Assembly (NCBI RefSeq): GCF_009914755.1
Contig: NC_060926.1
DNA from: the human T2T-CHM13v2.0 reference genome, Homo sapiens
Length of the DNA: 64,000 bases
Direction: 5' to 3' (one strand)
Shown piece by piece: positions 25,938-41,789 of this stretch. The translations under genes and the position numbers were made by a program. Below the pieces are notes generated by a model. That model was not told the origin of the DNA. It worked only from the letters and a program-made list of their open reading frames with translations, and did not search any database. Position 1 is the first letter of the stretch. Every line of letters starts with the position of its first letter.

Positions 25938-28179
25938 ATGCTATTACGGTTTATATACAAACTGTTTACTTCTGAGTTAAATTTTTAAGGGGGCTAGACT
26001 TAGCAGAAAGGGAGACATTGAGACAAGAATCAGTGTAAACGCTGAGTGGTAGGTGGGGTTGAAATATATCATGCCCACGGAGAAAGATTTAAGACCTACA
26101 AAATGACAGGGAGCCAAGGCTACATTTAGGATTCAGAGGGTAGAGAAGCCAGTGAAAAACAGAAAACCAAAAAAGACAGAGCAAAAGAGCAAATGACAGA
26201 GCAAAAGAGCAAATAGATAATGACTAAAGACTAACTTGGATATTTGCTTTGCTATCATAAAGTAAAGGGTTTTATTCAGTTCCAAATTTCAGAAAAAAAC
26301 AAATAGCTCCACACTTTTCAACTACTGTTAGGAGTAATATTCTAAACTCAAAAGTAACTTAAATCCATTTTATCCTATCTTACCTCACTTTGTGAAAGAG
26401 AAACCTTATAACAAACCACAATTCTTTTGTTTTTACAAAGGAAAAAATTAGAAAACATAAGTTACTTTTCTAGTAGAAAAAGGAAATAACGAATACTGAA
26501 ATGTGGGAAATATGAACGGTAATGAATATATTTTAAGGTAAATATCCAAGGTATTATTTGGTCAATCAGAAACTTAGAATCTGAATAATGCCTAAAGTTT
26601 CAACGCTAAACAAGGTAAATGAATTATTCTTTATTTCCAGTAACAAGACAAGAGAAAATGAGTGCCTGGGTCTACAATCAGCAACTGCTGATTCTGAACT
26701 TAAGTGACTTTTTTTTTTTTTTTCTGATAAAGGATGAAGAAATTTTGAATATAATCTAACAAACCACATGAAAATGTTAAACAATTTTTCCTTTTCATAT
26801 TCCATCTGATCCCAGTCAAGAGTAAAGAGAATATGAGTCAAGAGAAAATAAAATTAAACATTAAGCATTTGCTTCTCTGGGTGGAATGGCTTAAAGCTTT
26901 CCCTCCCAAGGTCTAGGAAACTTGCTTTTTTAAAAAAAAAGTTTTCCTAAGGATTTTTCTACATTTTAATGCAATTTTAGAAATTTTTTTAGATTTCCAA
27001 CAAATATAAGATAAACCGTTTTGGAAAGTATGAATAATTCCAGAAACAGAGACTTTGTTTCTAGGCCATGAAACTTAATTTCCTCTTAATATTCACTTAC
27101 CTACAGCCCAAACTCTCCATGTATTTTGCCAGATATTACTTATGAGCTACAAACAGGGCAATTACTTTTTCTGCTTCATGAGATTACTCATACACACACA
27201 AAAAAAGCATTTTAAGGCTGCTGCTGCTGATTGCATCTGAGGCCACAGAAGTTACCCTGCGCCTTCCTCTGAAGACACAAAGCAAACTTTCCTTTCTCCT
27301 GATTCGGGTAATTTCCACCACAGAACAGCTTTTCCATAGCAGTAATAAACTAGTTTGGGAATCTTTGGAAGCCAAACAACAATAAAATACAAAAAATGTA
27401 GATGGCATATGGCTGGTGTTAGTCTGTTTTCCCTTCAAGTTCTTCCCGGTTTTTGATAGCTTCATAAGGGCCTAATTGTTGGCAGCACCAAAATAAAAGA
27501 TTTTTAAACTTTATACTTACTAAGTGCTTTTTGTCATTTCCTCACCTCTCTATACATTCCTACCTGATCACCAAATTATTATGGAGATTTGAACAGTGCT
27601 TGGCTTATAGTATTCAGTAAATGTTGATAACAATTGTCATTATCCAGAGACAGAAAATATGTTCAATATTTAAATCTTAACCTATTTTTATCAATGATTA
27701 CTTGAGAAAATCAAGTGTAATTCAAGCTGAACTCTTTCAAATTGTAGGACATGTTTATTTTTAAGCCTAAATGTTATGTCTCTCTAGCCTAGCTATATAA
27801 AATAGCCTTTCTCTCAAAGCCAATGCTAGGGCAAGAAAATGGACAGGGGACTAGATTAAAAGAACTGAGAGAAACATAAAAAAAAAAAATGCAATTGAAA
27901 CCTGATTGGCTCTAGATCCAAATAAAAATCTACACACTTTGGAATATGGGCTGGATATGGCTGACATTACAGAATTATTCATTTTATTAGGTATTATAAT
28001 GGTATTGTGGTTATAAAGGAGGATGTCCTCAATCTTAGAAAATGTAGGCTGAAATATTTAGGGGCGAAGTACTGTGACCTCGTCACCTTATTTTCAAATG
28101 TTTCAGCAAAAAGTTATATATTTAAATAGAAAAAGCAAATGTGGCACAATATTAACAACTCATGAATTTAACTGAAGAG

Positions 28180-28185
28180 TTTATT
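28180..28185 (-). terminator. TTC32: Likely TTC32 polyadenylation signal
   Basis: AATAAA on the minus strand ~340 nt after the stop. Confidence 0.55.
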
Positions 28186-28518
28186 ATACTTTCAACTTTT
28201 CTGCAGATGTAACATTTTTTAAATAAAAAGTTGAGAATAAAAAAATCACAAAAATAGTTTTGCTGAAGAAAATACCACACATTCCTTTTTACTATAATAT
28301 TTAATATAATAATATACACTTATACATTGGTATTATTTACACTTCATTAAAAAAAACCCATTCAACCTGAAATTAACTACCTTAAACACACTATTTAACT
28401 TTCAGTGCTAATGTATTAATTTCTTAAATATAAATCAAAATAGCTCAATATCTAAATTACTGATAACTAGATGCAGATGTAAGGATCATGAATCAATACT
28501 TCCATTAAGTTAAAAATA

Positions 28519-28713
<195 letters not shown>

Positions 28714-29380
28714 TTATTCATGGAAAAGCTTTGATACATGTACTTTTGCTTTTATATTTATGAGCTTTCAGTCACTTCTAGTAAAGGAATCTTTTTATCT
28801 TAATAATATAGAGATGTGTATATCAAAGTAATTTTGTGTGCCCTTAGGGAATAATACACCTAAAATTAGCTATGGGTTTATTTATTGAGATTTAACAGGT
28901 AAATATTATCAATCATCTTAAAATTTTAATAAAACTGTATCACCTGTTTTACATAATTGCAGTAAAATTAAGAAACGGGAACTAATTTTCTTTTTGACAC
29001 TTTAAATGAAGAAACACTACCTATGGTCCCTTTAATTCAAGAATCTAAACTTCACTTTCTATTGTCTTGTGTGTCTTCAAAGATTTTAACTCAGAAAAGT
29101 TTCACAGGTGAACATCTGAATTGCCCTCATTTCACAGCTGGGAATGCACAAGCACAAAGTAATGGGGTCACCCCTGCTCCTGCGCCCAGGTCCAATTCCC
29201 ACCCCAGTGCTCTGCTGTGATCTATAACGCCTATCAAAAGCCTAAAATAAACTCAGGGACACTTCCTTTGTTCCAAGCTCTAAACCTAAATTTCACAGAA
29301 CTTTAAAATTTGATTACCACGTTAGTTTTACAACATTTGAAAGCTCTGAAATAACAGAATACAGTCAATGACAAAACTCA

Positions 29381-29569
<189 letters not shown>

Positions 29570-31204
29570 TTAAACAAAAAGTTCACATTAAAAACACCGT
29601 GTTACCAAATTCCTCTCATTTCCACTTTCATTCTCTTTTGGGTATTGTCAAACTTCACAGCCTATAACATGCAGCATCAACACTGAAAATCCAAGCTGAA
29701 GAAAAAACGTACAAATAAAGAGCTAAAATCAATTTTTGTTTAACCCTGTTATCTACTTTTGTAGGGTTATACCACTGCAATGTCAACCTGAAAAGCATAC
29801 TAACTTTACAGTGTGTTCACTGCCAATTTGTTCTGCTGAATATAACATTAAAATGATTGTTCATTTTTCTAAGCACACACCAGCAGGGCAAAGAAGACAG
29901 AACAGATAAATACTAAGCAAAGAGGGAAAGCCAGCCCAAAGCCCGAGTTTGCTATGGATATGTCACAATGTGAATCAATTTCATTCTCAAATTTTTAAGT
30001 GATCTTAAAACAATAAGATTTGAAATCATTTTCCACCAATAAAAAACTAAAGTTAACGCTAAGTGAAAATTCAACATGCTACGATCCCCAGGAAGTTATC
30101 TCTGGGGACAGAGTTGCCCTCCCTCCAGCCTCAGCTGGCATCCTCCCCAATGCCAGGCTGGCTTCCTGCTAGGAGGGTGGGCTCCTTTAGACCCCCTCAG
30201 GGCTCCAGTCAATTTTGATGTCCTTTGTGCAGAACTGGCTCTGCACCTGAGGGAACTAGAGGTTGCCCAAAGAGCTTTAAATTAGCAGCCATTCCTGGGC
30301 TGTACAGCCAGGTAGCTCTGACCAGCCACCAGCTCAACAGGTCACAGCCCCTGGCTGCCTTGAACCTTTCTCTGCACAGGACAAATAGTCTGCACAGAGA
30401 ACATTAGTGCCTCTGCTCTGAGTCAGGGATGATTCTGTTTCCCTTTCTTTTTTCCCAAAGCAATTCTCAAATTAGAACCAAACAGAGAATTCATCTGTCA
30501 CTTCTTTGTAATACCCCGTAGTAAAAAGTATAGTCCTCCGAAAGTATCTGTGAAGGCAGTTAGTGTAAATAAAAGCTACTTCTCTTAATATCTTGATCCT
30601 TGAGATTTCAGACAGGGACTGTAACTACTGCTACCCTAAGAGGCACTCACAGCCCAAGGGCCTCCTTCAAACCAAGTTTGCTAACGATGGAGAGGAACTG
30701 TCGCAATTTTAGAAAACGTCTATTCTATGAGCTGTGATGGAGACTGGATGTAGGGATACTTCTGGATGCCACTAAGCACCCCCGTTAAAACCTAGATTAC
30801 AAGACGGTACCACTCCCCTTCACCTATGTGTGACATGACACTAGTTGAACTGCTCCCAGTAGAGAGTTTAAAGAAAAAAGCAATCTCAGGATGCCAGTAA
30901 GGTTTTAGTCATTAAATCGAAGTTTCAAAATTATTGTTATAAGTTTTTAATACTAATTATATATTCGTAATATAGAGAATCATAAAATGTTAGACTTAGA
31001 ATTAGATCTCATTAAATCAAATTCTAAAATCGTTTTCATGTGGAAATTTTGTTTCATATTTTAAAGAAATGGACTAACAGTTGAAGCCGAAATTTTCTGT
31101 AATATTAAAATTTTTGTAATGATAGTATTTATTATAATGGAATTCATTCAAGTTACCTAACCCAAATGTGAATTTTTAGGATTTGCTAACTTTCGCAAAA
31201 AAAA

Positions 31205-31285
31205 ATATTTTTTATATATATATAAAGTGTGTGTATATATATTTTTTATATATAAAGTGTGTGTATATATATACACACACACTTT
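31205..31285. repeat. (TA)n/(TG)n/(CA)n compound microsatellite with palindrome
   Basis: aaagtgtgtgtatatatatacacacacacttt. Confidence 0.9.
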
Positions 31286-32769
31286 GGAAATTAGGTTTAT
31301 GACTAAAGCTATACTTTAGATATTAAAAGAAAACGTCACAAACCATTCAGAATGAAAGGCATTCAAAAATTGCAAATATTGTTTCAAAATGATTTAGTGA
31401 CCCAATACTTAGAAAATAAATGTAAGCTCCAAAAGATAAATTGAAGGGAAAAAGTTGAAATGACAGAATTCAGTTTCAATCCTTGAGTTCCTAGAATTTT
31501 ATCAAAAGCTTATTTTACAGATGAAAAACTGAGGCTGAGACATTAGCCATGTGGCAGTGCCAAGACTGGAATTCAGGCATGATGAACTCCCTTCTACTGC
31601 GCTATGACAAACTGTCTTTCCTGTGCTGGTAAGGCATAGCTATTATATATGCTACAGACACTTGTGTTCTTAGGCTGAGAGGTGCAAAGAAGGAAGAATA
31701 ACAAGACTAGACAGCAACAGCATACCTGATGCTGATAAATACTTTTTAAAATCTACTAGGTAAGTCTACTCTTAGAGCTTGAAACATGAATAGTTTCGCT
31801 TTCTATGTTTACTTATCTTTTTTATGGGGGAGGTGCACTGAGGAAAGTAGATGGTATCATCTTATTGCCTGTTCAGAAACTTCTATTATTATTCTTGTGT
31901 GTTATTGAAATGAGAAGGCAATTTTCTTTCTGGTTTAATTCCATGTAGCGTAACAAACAGGGTAAGAATCAAGTCCTTAGTGTTTAGTTAAGCCTCATAC
32001 AAAAGACAAGCTGGCATCCTGTCCAGAAAACTCAAATCCACAACAGACAACTCACAACTATTCAAAAAGCTGTTCAACCAACCCCTCTGTTCTTTTCTCA
32101 TCCTGATCCACTCCATACCATCAACAAGCCCAGTCGAGGCAAGACTTGGAGTAAAAACAAATGCTACACATCCAGGCACAAGCCGAAAAGATGCTTTGGG
32201 CAAGCAGACAGTAACAGGTGAAGCCGCTCACATCACAAAGAGAAAGTCAGCGAATCGTTATGTGCTTCCTGGTGAAAGTACACACACCCACCTAAAAAGT
32301 ATTCTTGCCATGATATTGAATCTGAATTCAATTGGATCAAACCTCAAGGTTTAACCACCAATTCACAGCAATATGAGACAGATGACCACATTAAACGACA
32401 GAAGAGATTCAGTCAGCAAGTCCAAAACACGGAAATTCAAAGGACACAAGAATCGGTTTCCTCAACAAATAAAGAGGGGAAGGTGGAGAAGAGACTTAAA
32501 AAGACTTGATGTGTATCCTGACTTGAACTAACTGCGAAAAGGGAACCAAAGAACAAAACACCTTATTAGTCGATCAGAATGGTTCCAACACTGACGACTT
32601 GATATTAAGTAACTATGTGATGATGACATGGTGGTTCCTTCTGAAACATCCATGGATGAATACAATAGGTAAACTGATAATGCTTAAGCCAAGTGATAAA
32701 CACCTAGACGTTCGTTATGCTCTCTTCCACATATTTAAACGTTTTTCACAAGTGAAAAACACCACCAAG

Positions 32770-33850
<1,081 letters not shown>

Positions 33851-34926
33851 GAGTAGGCTTTGTCTACCCTGAAACGCTTTGTGTCGACATTCCACCAGGT
33901 CTGTTCCACGGTCCAAACTTCTCTACCTTTTTTGACCCTCTAGAATTGTGTTACGATTAGTAGTATATTGTGTCGAGAGTCTGGGATCTTTGATGTTAGT
34001 TATATTCCCTGGCTGTTTATGCCAAAGGGAAATCCAAATAGTAATTTATTACGTACATTACGTATAATTCAAATTAAAATTTTGTAAGAACAGTTGCCAA
34101 CCACGCTACCCTACATGCCTGCTGTGTATCTTCTCGGCGTCCCTCGATTCTGTTTTGCTTCCCAAAGTACTTGAGCCCTTTCCGTCATAAAAAGTAAAGA
34201 TGAAAAATATATTTGGAGCATGATACTTACATGCGGAAGTCTTAACAGGACATAAATTGTGTGCTTTTGGCTGCTTTCATTAGATTTTTAATTTTTTCCT
34301 TTTACCACCACTGAAAAAAATACAAATACAGTGGATTAAGGTTAAATTAAAAAGCACTAGTAGAAATTAAAAGATTGCAAGACTACAAAAAAATAAACTG
34401 GCATTTCTGGTGTAAGCAAATGGACAGCTCAATAGAACAAAAGCCCAGAAACATACCTCAAATAGGCTGTATTTTGTAAAAGACATGTAACATATATGGG
34501 GAAAGGACAGATTATTCAAATGAGTGCTATTGGGAGGATTAGTTAACCATTTGGGGAAAAATACATTTAAGCATTTAAGCTCCCAATTGACATAATATTC
34601 ATTCCAGGTGAATTAAAAGATTAAATAAATAAGATAAAAAGCTTTTTTTTTTCAGTTCCCATTTATTTTTGCCTCTTGGAGCAATGTCATCTTTTCAATA
34701 TGAAAAAAACAAAACAAAAAACAAATCTGAAGTACAGGATAGAACAAAACCAAGTGTGTTGGGGGAAGCAACAGCAAAGGGAAGACAAGATGTTGCAAAA
34801 AAAAAAATGGAGGGGGGATTCCCCTCTCCTCTGGGGAATGACTCAAACACTGATGTGGCAGCGTACACTATTCTACATAAAGCCAGGGATGTTAATCCTT
34901 TTGGGGGATAAGAAAAAGTGGAGATG

Positions 34927-35286
34927 GCCAGGCTCTGTGGCTCATGCCTGTAATCCCAGCACTTTGGGAGGCCTAGGCGGGCAGATCACCTGAGGACAGG
35001 AGTTTGATAACAGCCTGGCCAACATGGCAAAACCCCGTCTCTACTAAAAATGCAAAAAATTAGCTGGGCGTGGTGGCGGGTGCCTGTAATCCCAGCTACT
35101 CATGAGGCTGAGGCACAAGAATCCCTTCTGGGTGGAAGTGGTTGGCAGTGAGCTAATTTTTGTATTTTTTGTGGTGATGGGTTTCCCCATGTTGTCCAGG
35201 CTGATCTCCAACTCCTGGGTTCAAGACATCTGCCCACCTCAGCCTCCCAAAGTGCTAGGACTACAGGCATGAGCCACCGCACCTGA
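34927..35286. mobile_element. Fused inverted Alu pair (plus 34927-35152, minus left arm ~35151-35286)
   Basis: The plus Alu breaks off at gcagtgagct and runs straight into aatttttgtatttt..gagccaccgcacc. Confidence 0.85.
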
Positions 35287-35589
35287 CTAGAAGTTTTGCT
35301 TTGTTCTGTTCAAGGAATAACAGGAATATTTATGTGTCTAAAAACCAGTGATCTAAGAGGAAAATAGCAGGATATGTAATGGAAATTGGGGATTTGGGAA
35401 GGGGGTTTCTAAATAGGAGTAAGATTCTTAACCTTTTTTGTGCTATGGCACCTTTACAAGTGTGGTGAAGCCTATGTCGTTTCAATGTTTTCAAGTGTTT
35501 TTAAAACATAGGATTACAAAGGAAAGGAATTATATTAAAAAACAGTTGGAATATTAACAGATTTATTAAAAAGTAAAACATTTATTAAC

Positions 35590-38500
35590 ATTAAATATCA
35601 AGAACAAATGGCAAACACAAAACTAGCAGAGGAAGAAAATAATAAAAGATCAAAACACAGATAAAACAAAAATGGAATCAACAAAACCAAAAGTTGGTTC
35701 TTAAAAAGATTAAAAAAGTTAATAAAACTTGAGCTAAATTGACTACGAAAAAGGAAAAGACTCAGATTACTAAAATCAGAAATGAAAATGGGAACATTAC
35801 CATCAATTCTACAGAAATAAAGAGGATTATAAGAGAGTACTATGAACAATTGTATGCTGAAAAATGGGAGTAACTACATGAAATGAGCAAATGCCTAGAA
35901 ACAAAAAACCTACGAAGATTGTATCATGAAGAAATAGAAAATATGAATAGACGTGTGTATTAGTCTGTTCTCACACTGCTAATAAAGACGTACCCAAGAC
36001 TGGGTAATTTTTTTGTTTTTAAGAAAAAAGAGGTTTAATGGACTCACAGTTCCACGTGGATGGGGAGGCCTTATAATCATGGCAGAAGGCAAACAGCACG
36101 TCTTACATGGCAGCAGGCAAGAGAGAATGAGAGAACAGTGAAGGGGGAAATCCCTTATAAAACCATAAGATTTTGTGAGACTTAGTCACTACCATGAGAA
36201 CAGTATGGGGGAAACTGCCCCCATGATTCAGTTTTTTCTCCCACCGGCTCCCTCCCACAACATGTGGGAATTATGGGAGCTACAATTCAAGATGAGATTT
36301 GGGTGAGGACACACACAAACCATATCAACCTGTAACTTGTAAGGAGATTCAATCAGTAATCTAAAAATAACCTCTTGACAAAGAAAAGCCCTGGACCTGA
36401 TGGCTTCACTGATGAATTCTACTAAATGTTTAAGGAAGAACCAACACCAGTCCTTCTTAAGATTCCATTTAAAAAATGGTTATAACTAATGAATTCAGCA
36501 AGGTAGGAGGATATGAAATCAACATGCAAAAATCAGTTGCATTTTTATTCACTAACAATGAAGCTATCCAAAAATGAAATTAAGAAAACAATTCCAGCCA
36601 GGCACAGTGGCTCACACCTGTAATCCCAACATTTTTGGAGGCCAAGGTGGATGGATCACTTGAGGTCAGGAGTTCGAGACCAGCCTGGCCAACATGGCAA
36701 AACCCTGTATCTACGAAAAATACAAAATTTAGCCAGGTGTGGTGGCAGGCACCTGTAATCCCAGTTACTCAGGGGGTGAGGCAGGAGACTCACTTGAACC
36801 TGGGAAGTGGAGGTTGCAGGGAGCCAAGATTGTGCCTTGCACCACTGCACTCCAGCCTGGGCAACAGAGCAAGACTCTGTCTCAAAAAAAAAAAAAAGAA
36901 AGAAAAGAAAACAATTCCATCTACAGTAACATCAAAAAGAAAAAAATATTTAGGAATTAATCAAGAAAGTAAAAGATGTGTACAATTAAAACTATAAAAC
37001 ATTGCTAAAAGAAATTGAAGAAGACATAAATGGAAAGACATCTCATGTACATGGATTAGAAGACTTAATATTGTTTAGATGTTAATATTATATAAATCAA
37101 TCTTCAGATTCTATGGAATCCTTATCAAAATCCCAATGATGTTTCTGCAGAAATAGAAAACTCCATCCTCAAATTCATATGGAATTACAAGGACTCCCAA
37201 ATAGCCAAAACAATTTTGGAAAAAGAACAAAGTTTAAGGACTCACTTCCTGATTTCAAAACTTACTGCAAAGCTGCATTACCCAAAACAAGTGTGTTATT
37301 GGCATAAAGACAGTTTTTTAAACAAATGGTGCTAGGAAAATTGGATATCCACTACAAAAGAATGAAGCTGGTCTCTTACACCATATACAAAAATTAAAAT
37401 AGATCATGACCTAAATATAAGAACTAAAATTACAAACTCTTAGGAAAAAACATATGGCAAAAGCTTAACAACACTGAATTTGGCAATGATTTTGTGAATA
37501 TGACATCAATGGCACAGGCAACAAAAGAAAAAACTACACAAATTGGGCTTGACAAGAATTTAAAAACCTTTGTGCATGAAAAGACACTATCAGAGTAAAA
37601 AACAGAATATTTACAAGTCATGTATCTGATAAGGGATTAATACCCACACTATATAAAGAACTTCCAAAAACAACAATAAAGCAAAACAATCCAATGCAGA
37701 AATGGGCAAAGGATTTGAATAGACTTTTCTCTAAAGAAGATACACATATGGCCAATGAGAACATGAAAAAATGCTCAACGTCACTAATAATTAGGGAAAT
37801 GCAAATTGAAACTACAATCAAATACCACTTCTCACCACTCCAGTAGGATGGAAACTATTAAGAAGAAATAAGTGTTGGTGAGGATGTGAAGAAACTGGAA
37901 TCTTTATGCACTATTGGTGAGAATGTAAAATGGTGCAACCACATGGTGTGACAATTCTTCAAATACTAAGAATAACCATTTGATTCAGCAATTCCACTTC
38001 TAAGTATATACCCAAAATATCTGACAGCATGGTCTTAAAGAGATATTTACACATCCAGGTTCATAGCGGTATTGTTCACACTAGGTAAAATGTGGAAGCA
38101 ATCCAAGTGTCTATCAACAGATGAGTGGATAAGCGAAATATGGTATACTCATACAATGGAATATTATTCAGTCTTAAAAAGAACAAATTCTGCCACGTGC
38201 TACAACATGGATGAAACTTGAGGACATTACATGAAGTGAATTAAGCCAGCCACAAAAAGACTGAATGATTCTATTTTTATGAGGTACCCAGAGTAGTCAA
38301 ATTCATAGAGACAGAAAGTAGAATGTGGTTGCCAGGGACAGCTTTAAGGGGGATAGGGAGTTATTGTTCAATGAGCATACAGTTTCAGTTTTGCAAGATA
38401 AAGAATTCTGAAGATGGATGGTGGTGGTGGTGGTGGTGGTGGTGGTGGTGGTGGTGGTGGTGGTGGTGGAATATGAACAATATGAATGTACTTAATAAAT

Positions 38501-38760
38501 ATAGTTAATGCCACTTTAACTGTACACTTAAAAATGATTAAGATAGGCAAGGTGCAGGATCTCATGCCTGTAATGCCAGCACTTTGGGAAGCTGAGGTGG
38601 GAGGATTACTGTGCTAAGGAGTTTGAGGCTGCAGTGAGCTATGATTGTGCCACTGCACTCCAGCCTGGGTGACAGAGCTAGACCACGTCTTGTAAAAAAT
38701 TTAAAAAAAATTTAAAAATGATTAAGATAGTAAATTTTGTGCTATGTCTATTTCATCACA
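35590..38760 (+). mobile_element. Fragmented old L1 (L1MB-like ORF2 to 3' end) with nested THE1 LTR (35956-36327) and Alus (36597-36905, 38546-38700)
   Basis: Decayed L1 ORF2 and 3' UTR motifs; nested elements, the THE1 and first Alu with TSD-like flanks. Confidence 0.85.
38419..38469 (+). repeat. (TGG)17 trinucleotide repeat
   Basis: Pure run counted directly. Confidence 0.95.
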
Positions 38761-39019
38761 TAAAAAATATGGAAAAATCAAGTGGCAAGTGTGTTTTCTG
38801 TAAAAAGATCGTTGCAACAACATTGCATTGAAGTCATTATTACTGTATTTCTATTGATTTTGTTGCATCCACTGCAGTTTCTGCTTTATAAAGGTGGTTG
38901 CTACGAGCATAGATATTAGGTGTTATATCTATGTCTACAGATACTCTTACATGTTACATTGTCACTGTGAATAGCAGTTTTTAGCATTATCAAGTATTCT
39001 TGCTTGTAGTACTTAACTC

Positions 39020-40430
39020 ACCACATCAACAAATTGAAGAAAAATCTCAACAGATGTAGAAAATGCAGTTAATAAAATTCAACTCCTTAGCAAACTAGGA
39101 CAAGAAGACATACTTATTAAAACCTACCGACAAAATGTCTACAGAAAATATAATAAGCAATGATTTCTTAAAATATTGAAAAATTTCCTTTGAGATTAAG
39201 AATAAGACAAGAATGCCCAGTATCATCACTTTAATTATTCAGCATTGTATTGGGTATCCTAGCCAGTGCAATAAGATGATAAAAAGAAATGAAAGACATG
39301 ACAATTGAGAAGTATTTTTTTTAAAAAAAGCAGTCATTAAACATGGTTATATAGTTGTATATGTAGAAAAGAAGTGCAAAGGACTGAGAGTGACAAAACA
39401 TTTTTGAAGAAGAAAAACAAAGGAGGACTTGTACCAGATAGCAGGACCTATTTTAAAAACTATAATAACTGAGACATTCTGCTTTGGGCCAAAGAAAGAC
39501 AAACAGATCAATGGAACAGAAAAAGAAATCAGAAATTGTTACCTACATATATGGACTTGATTTTTTTCCCATATAATTGCACATCAGTGTGGAAAGGGTG
39601 GACTTCAATCAGCTGGAGGTATCATTGACATTAATTTCTTTTAACTTTAGAGAAATCTCTTAGGAGCTGATATCTCTCAGCATAAAGACATAATACAGCA
39701 ATTTATTCAGTCTCACCTCAGTTTCTTTTTCTTCTGTTAAATTCAACTAAAATAGAAATCTCTTATTAAAAAAATAAAACTACCAATGTTAAATGGGCAA
39801 TTTGATGAGTTTTAACAAATGTGGAGTCATGTAATCATCACCAAAACCAAGATATGGAACATTTCTATCATCCCACAATGCTCCTTTGTATACCTTTGAA
39901 GTCAATCACCTACCCTTCTCCCTGATCTCAGGCACTACTTTCTATGATTTTGTCTTTTCTGGAATTTCATATAAATAACATCATACAGTATGCTGTCTTC
40001 TATATCTGGCTTCTTGCACGTAGCACAATGCTTTTAAGATTCATCTATGTTGTTACTTGTGTCAGTTCATTCCTTTTTATTGCTGAGTAGTATTTCATTG
40101 TGTGGATAGTCCACAATTTGTTTATACATTCACATATTAATGGATATTTGGTTTCTTTCCAGTTTCTGTCTACTATAAATAAAACTTACGTACATTTGCA
40201 TTCAAGTCTTCCTGTAAATGTGTTTTGATTTCTTCTGGGTAAATTCCTAAGAGTGAGATTTCTGGGTTCTATGTTAAGTGTATATTTAAATTTAGAAGAA
40301 ACTTCCAAACTTTTCCCAAGTGAGTGTACTGTTTTGCATTTCCATCAGCAATGTATGAGGGTTTCAGCTGTTCTATACCCTCACTATTTCTCTTGTCAAT
40401 TTTAGCCATTGTAGTGTGTAGAAGCATCTC
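39020..40430. mobile_element. Old L1M fragments in both orientations
   Basis: Plus-strand ORF2 remnants ~39020-39600; minus-strand 3' end ~39770-40430. Confidence 0.65.
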
Positions 40431-40499
40431 ATTTTTTCTAAATCTCTCTCAATTTTACTACCTAGAAATTTAAACTGCCAAACAATAAATTAGCTAAAT

Positions 40500-40765
<266 letters not shown>

Positions 40766-40822
40766 CCTTTTAATGTCTACTTTCTTTTAATTTTAAAGAA
40801 ATCTCTTAAGAACAAATACTGA

Positions 40823-41294
<472 letters not shown>

Positions 41295-41789
41295 TGCTTT
41301 TTATATTCAAAAAAAAAAAAACCAGTAAATATTAGTTTCTTAGAGAAAAAAATGAATTGAGAAAATGGTCTTTAAAATAGACAGTAGAGGCAATACAATA
41401 TTCCTATTTTCATTTTGAAACTGAGTAGAAAATCTTGGAGCTACATTATCAAATGTAGTATTCTTTATTTTCTCTTATAGGTCTAGTAGGACATAATTTC
41501 CTTCGTTCCTAAATGAGAACTCAGCATGACCATTAAGGAGTAGCTCACAGCAACCTCCAATATCTGACATTTGCCTAGTGCCTCTGGAAGGTTGTTGGGG
41601 TTTTTCCCCCCTTGTTTGGTAGCAAAAGTGGTATTGTATATCTATTGTACCTCCTGCTCCCTTTTCCCCTTCTCCACTCTGGAGCCCAATACCCTCCTAA
41701 CCAACCCCCATCAGAATACTTAAATGAAGACACAGCAAACACCGTGTTCTCCGTAAGTTATAGATAAAGAAAACGTGGAATAAACACAA

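Noticed and set aside
26176-26215. Short tandem duplications (gacagagcaaaagagcaaat x2; also ~42558-42595 and ~43236-43299)
   Set aside because: Only two copies each; ordinary slippage, not an array or CRISPR-like structure
38323-38565. Poly-Trp and poly-Pro ORFs
   Set aside because: Artefact of the (TGG)17 repeat
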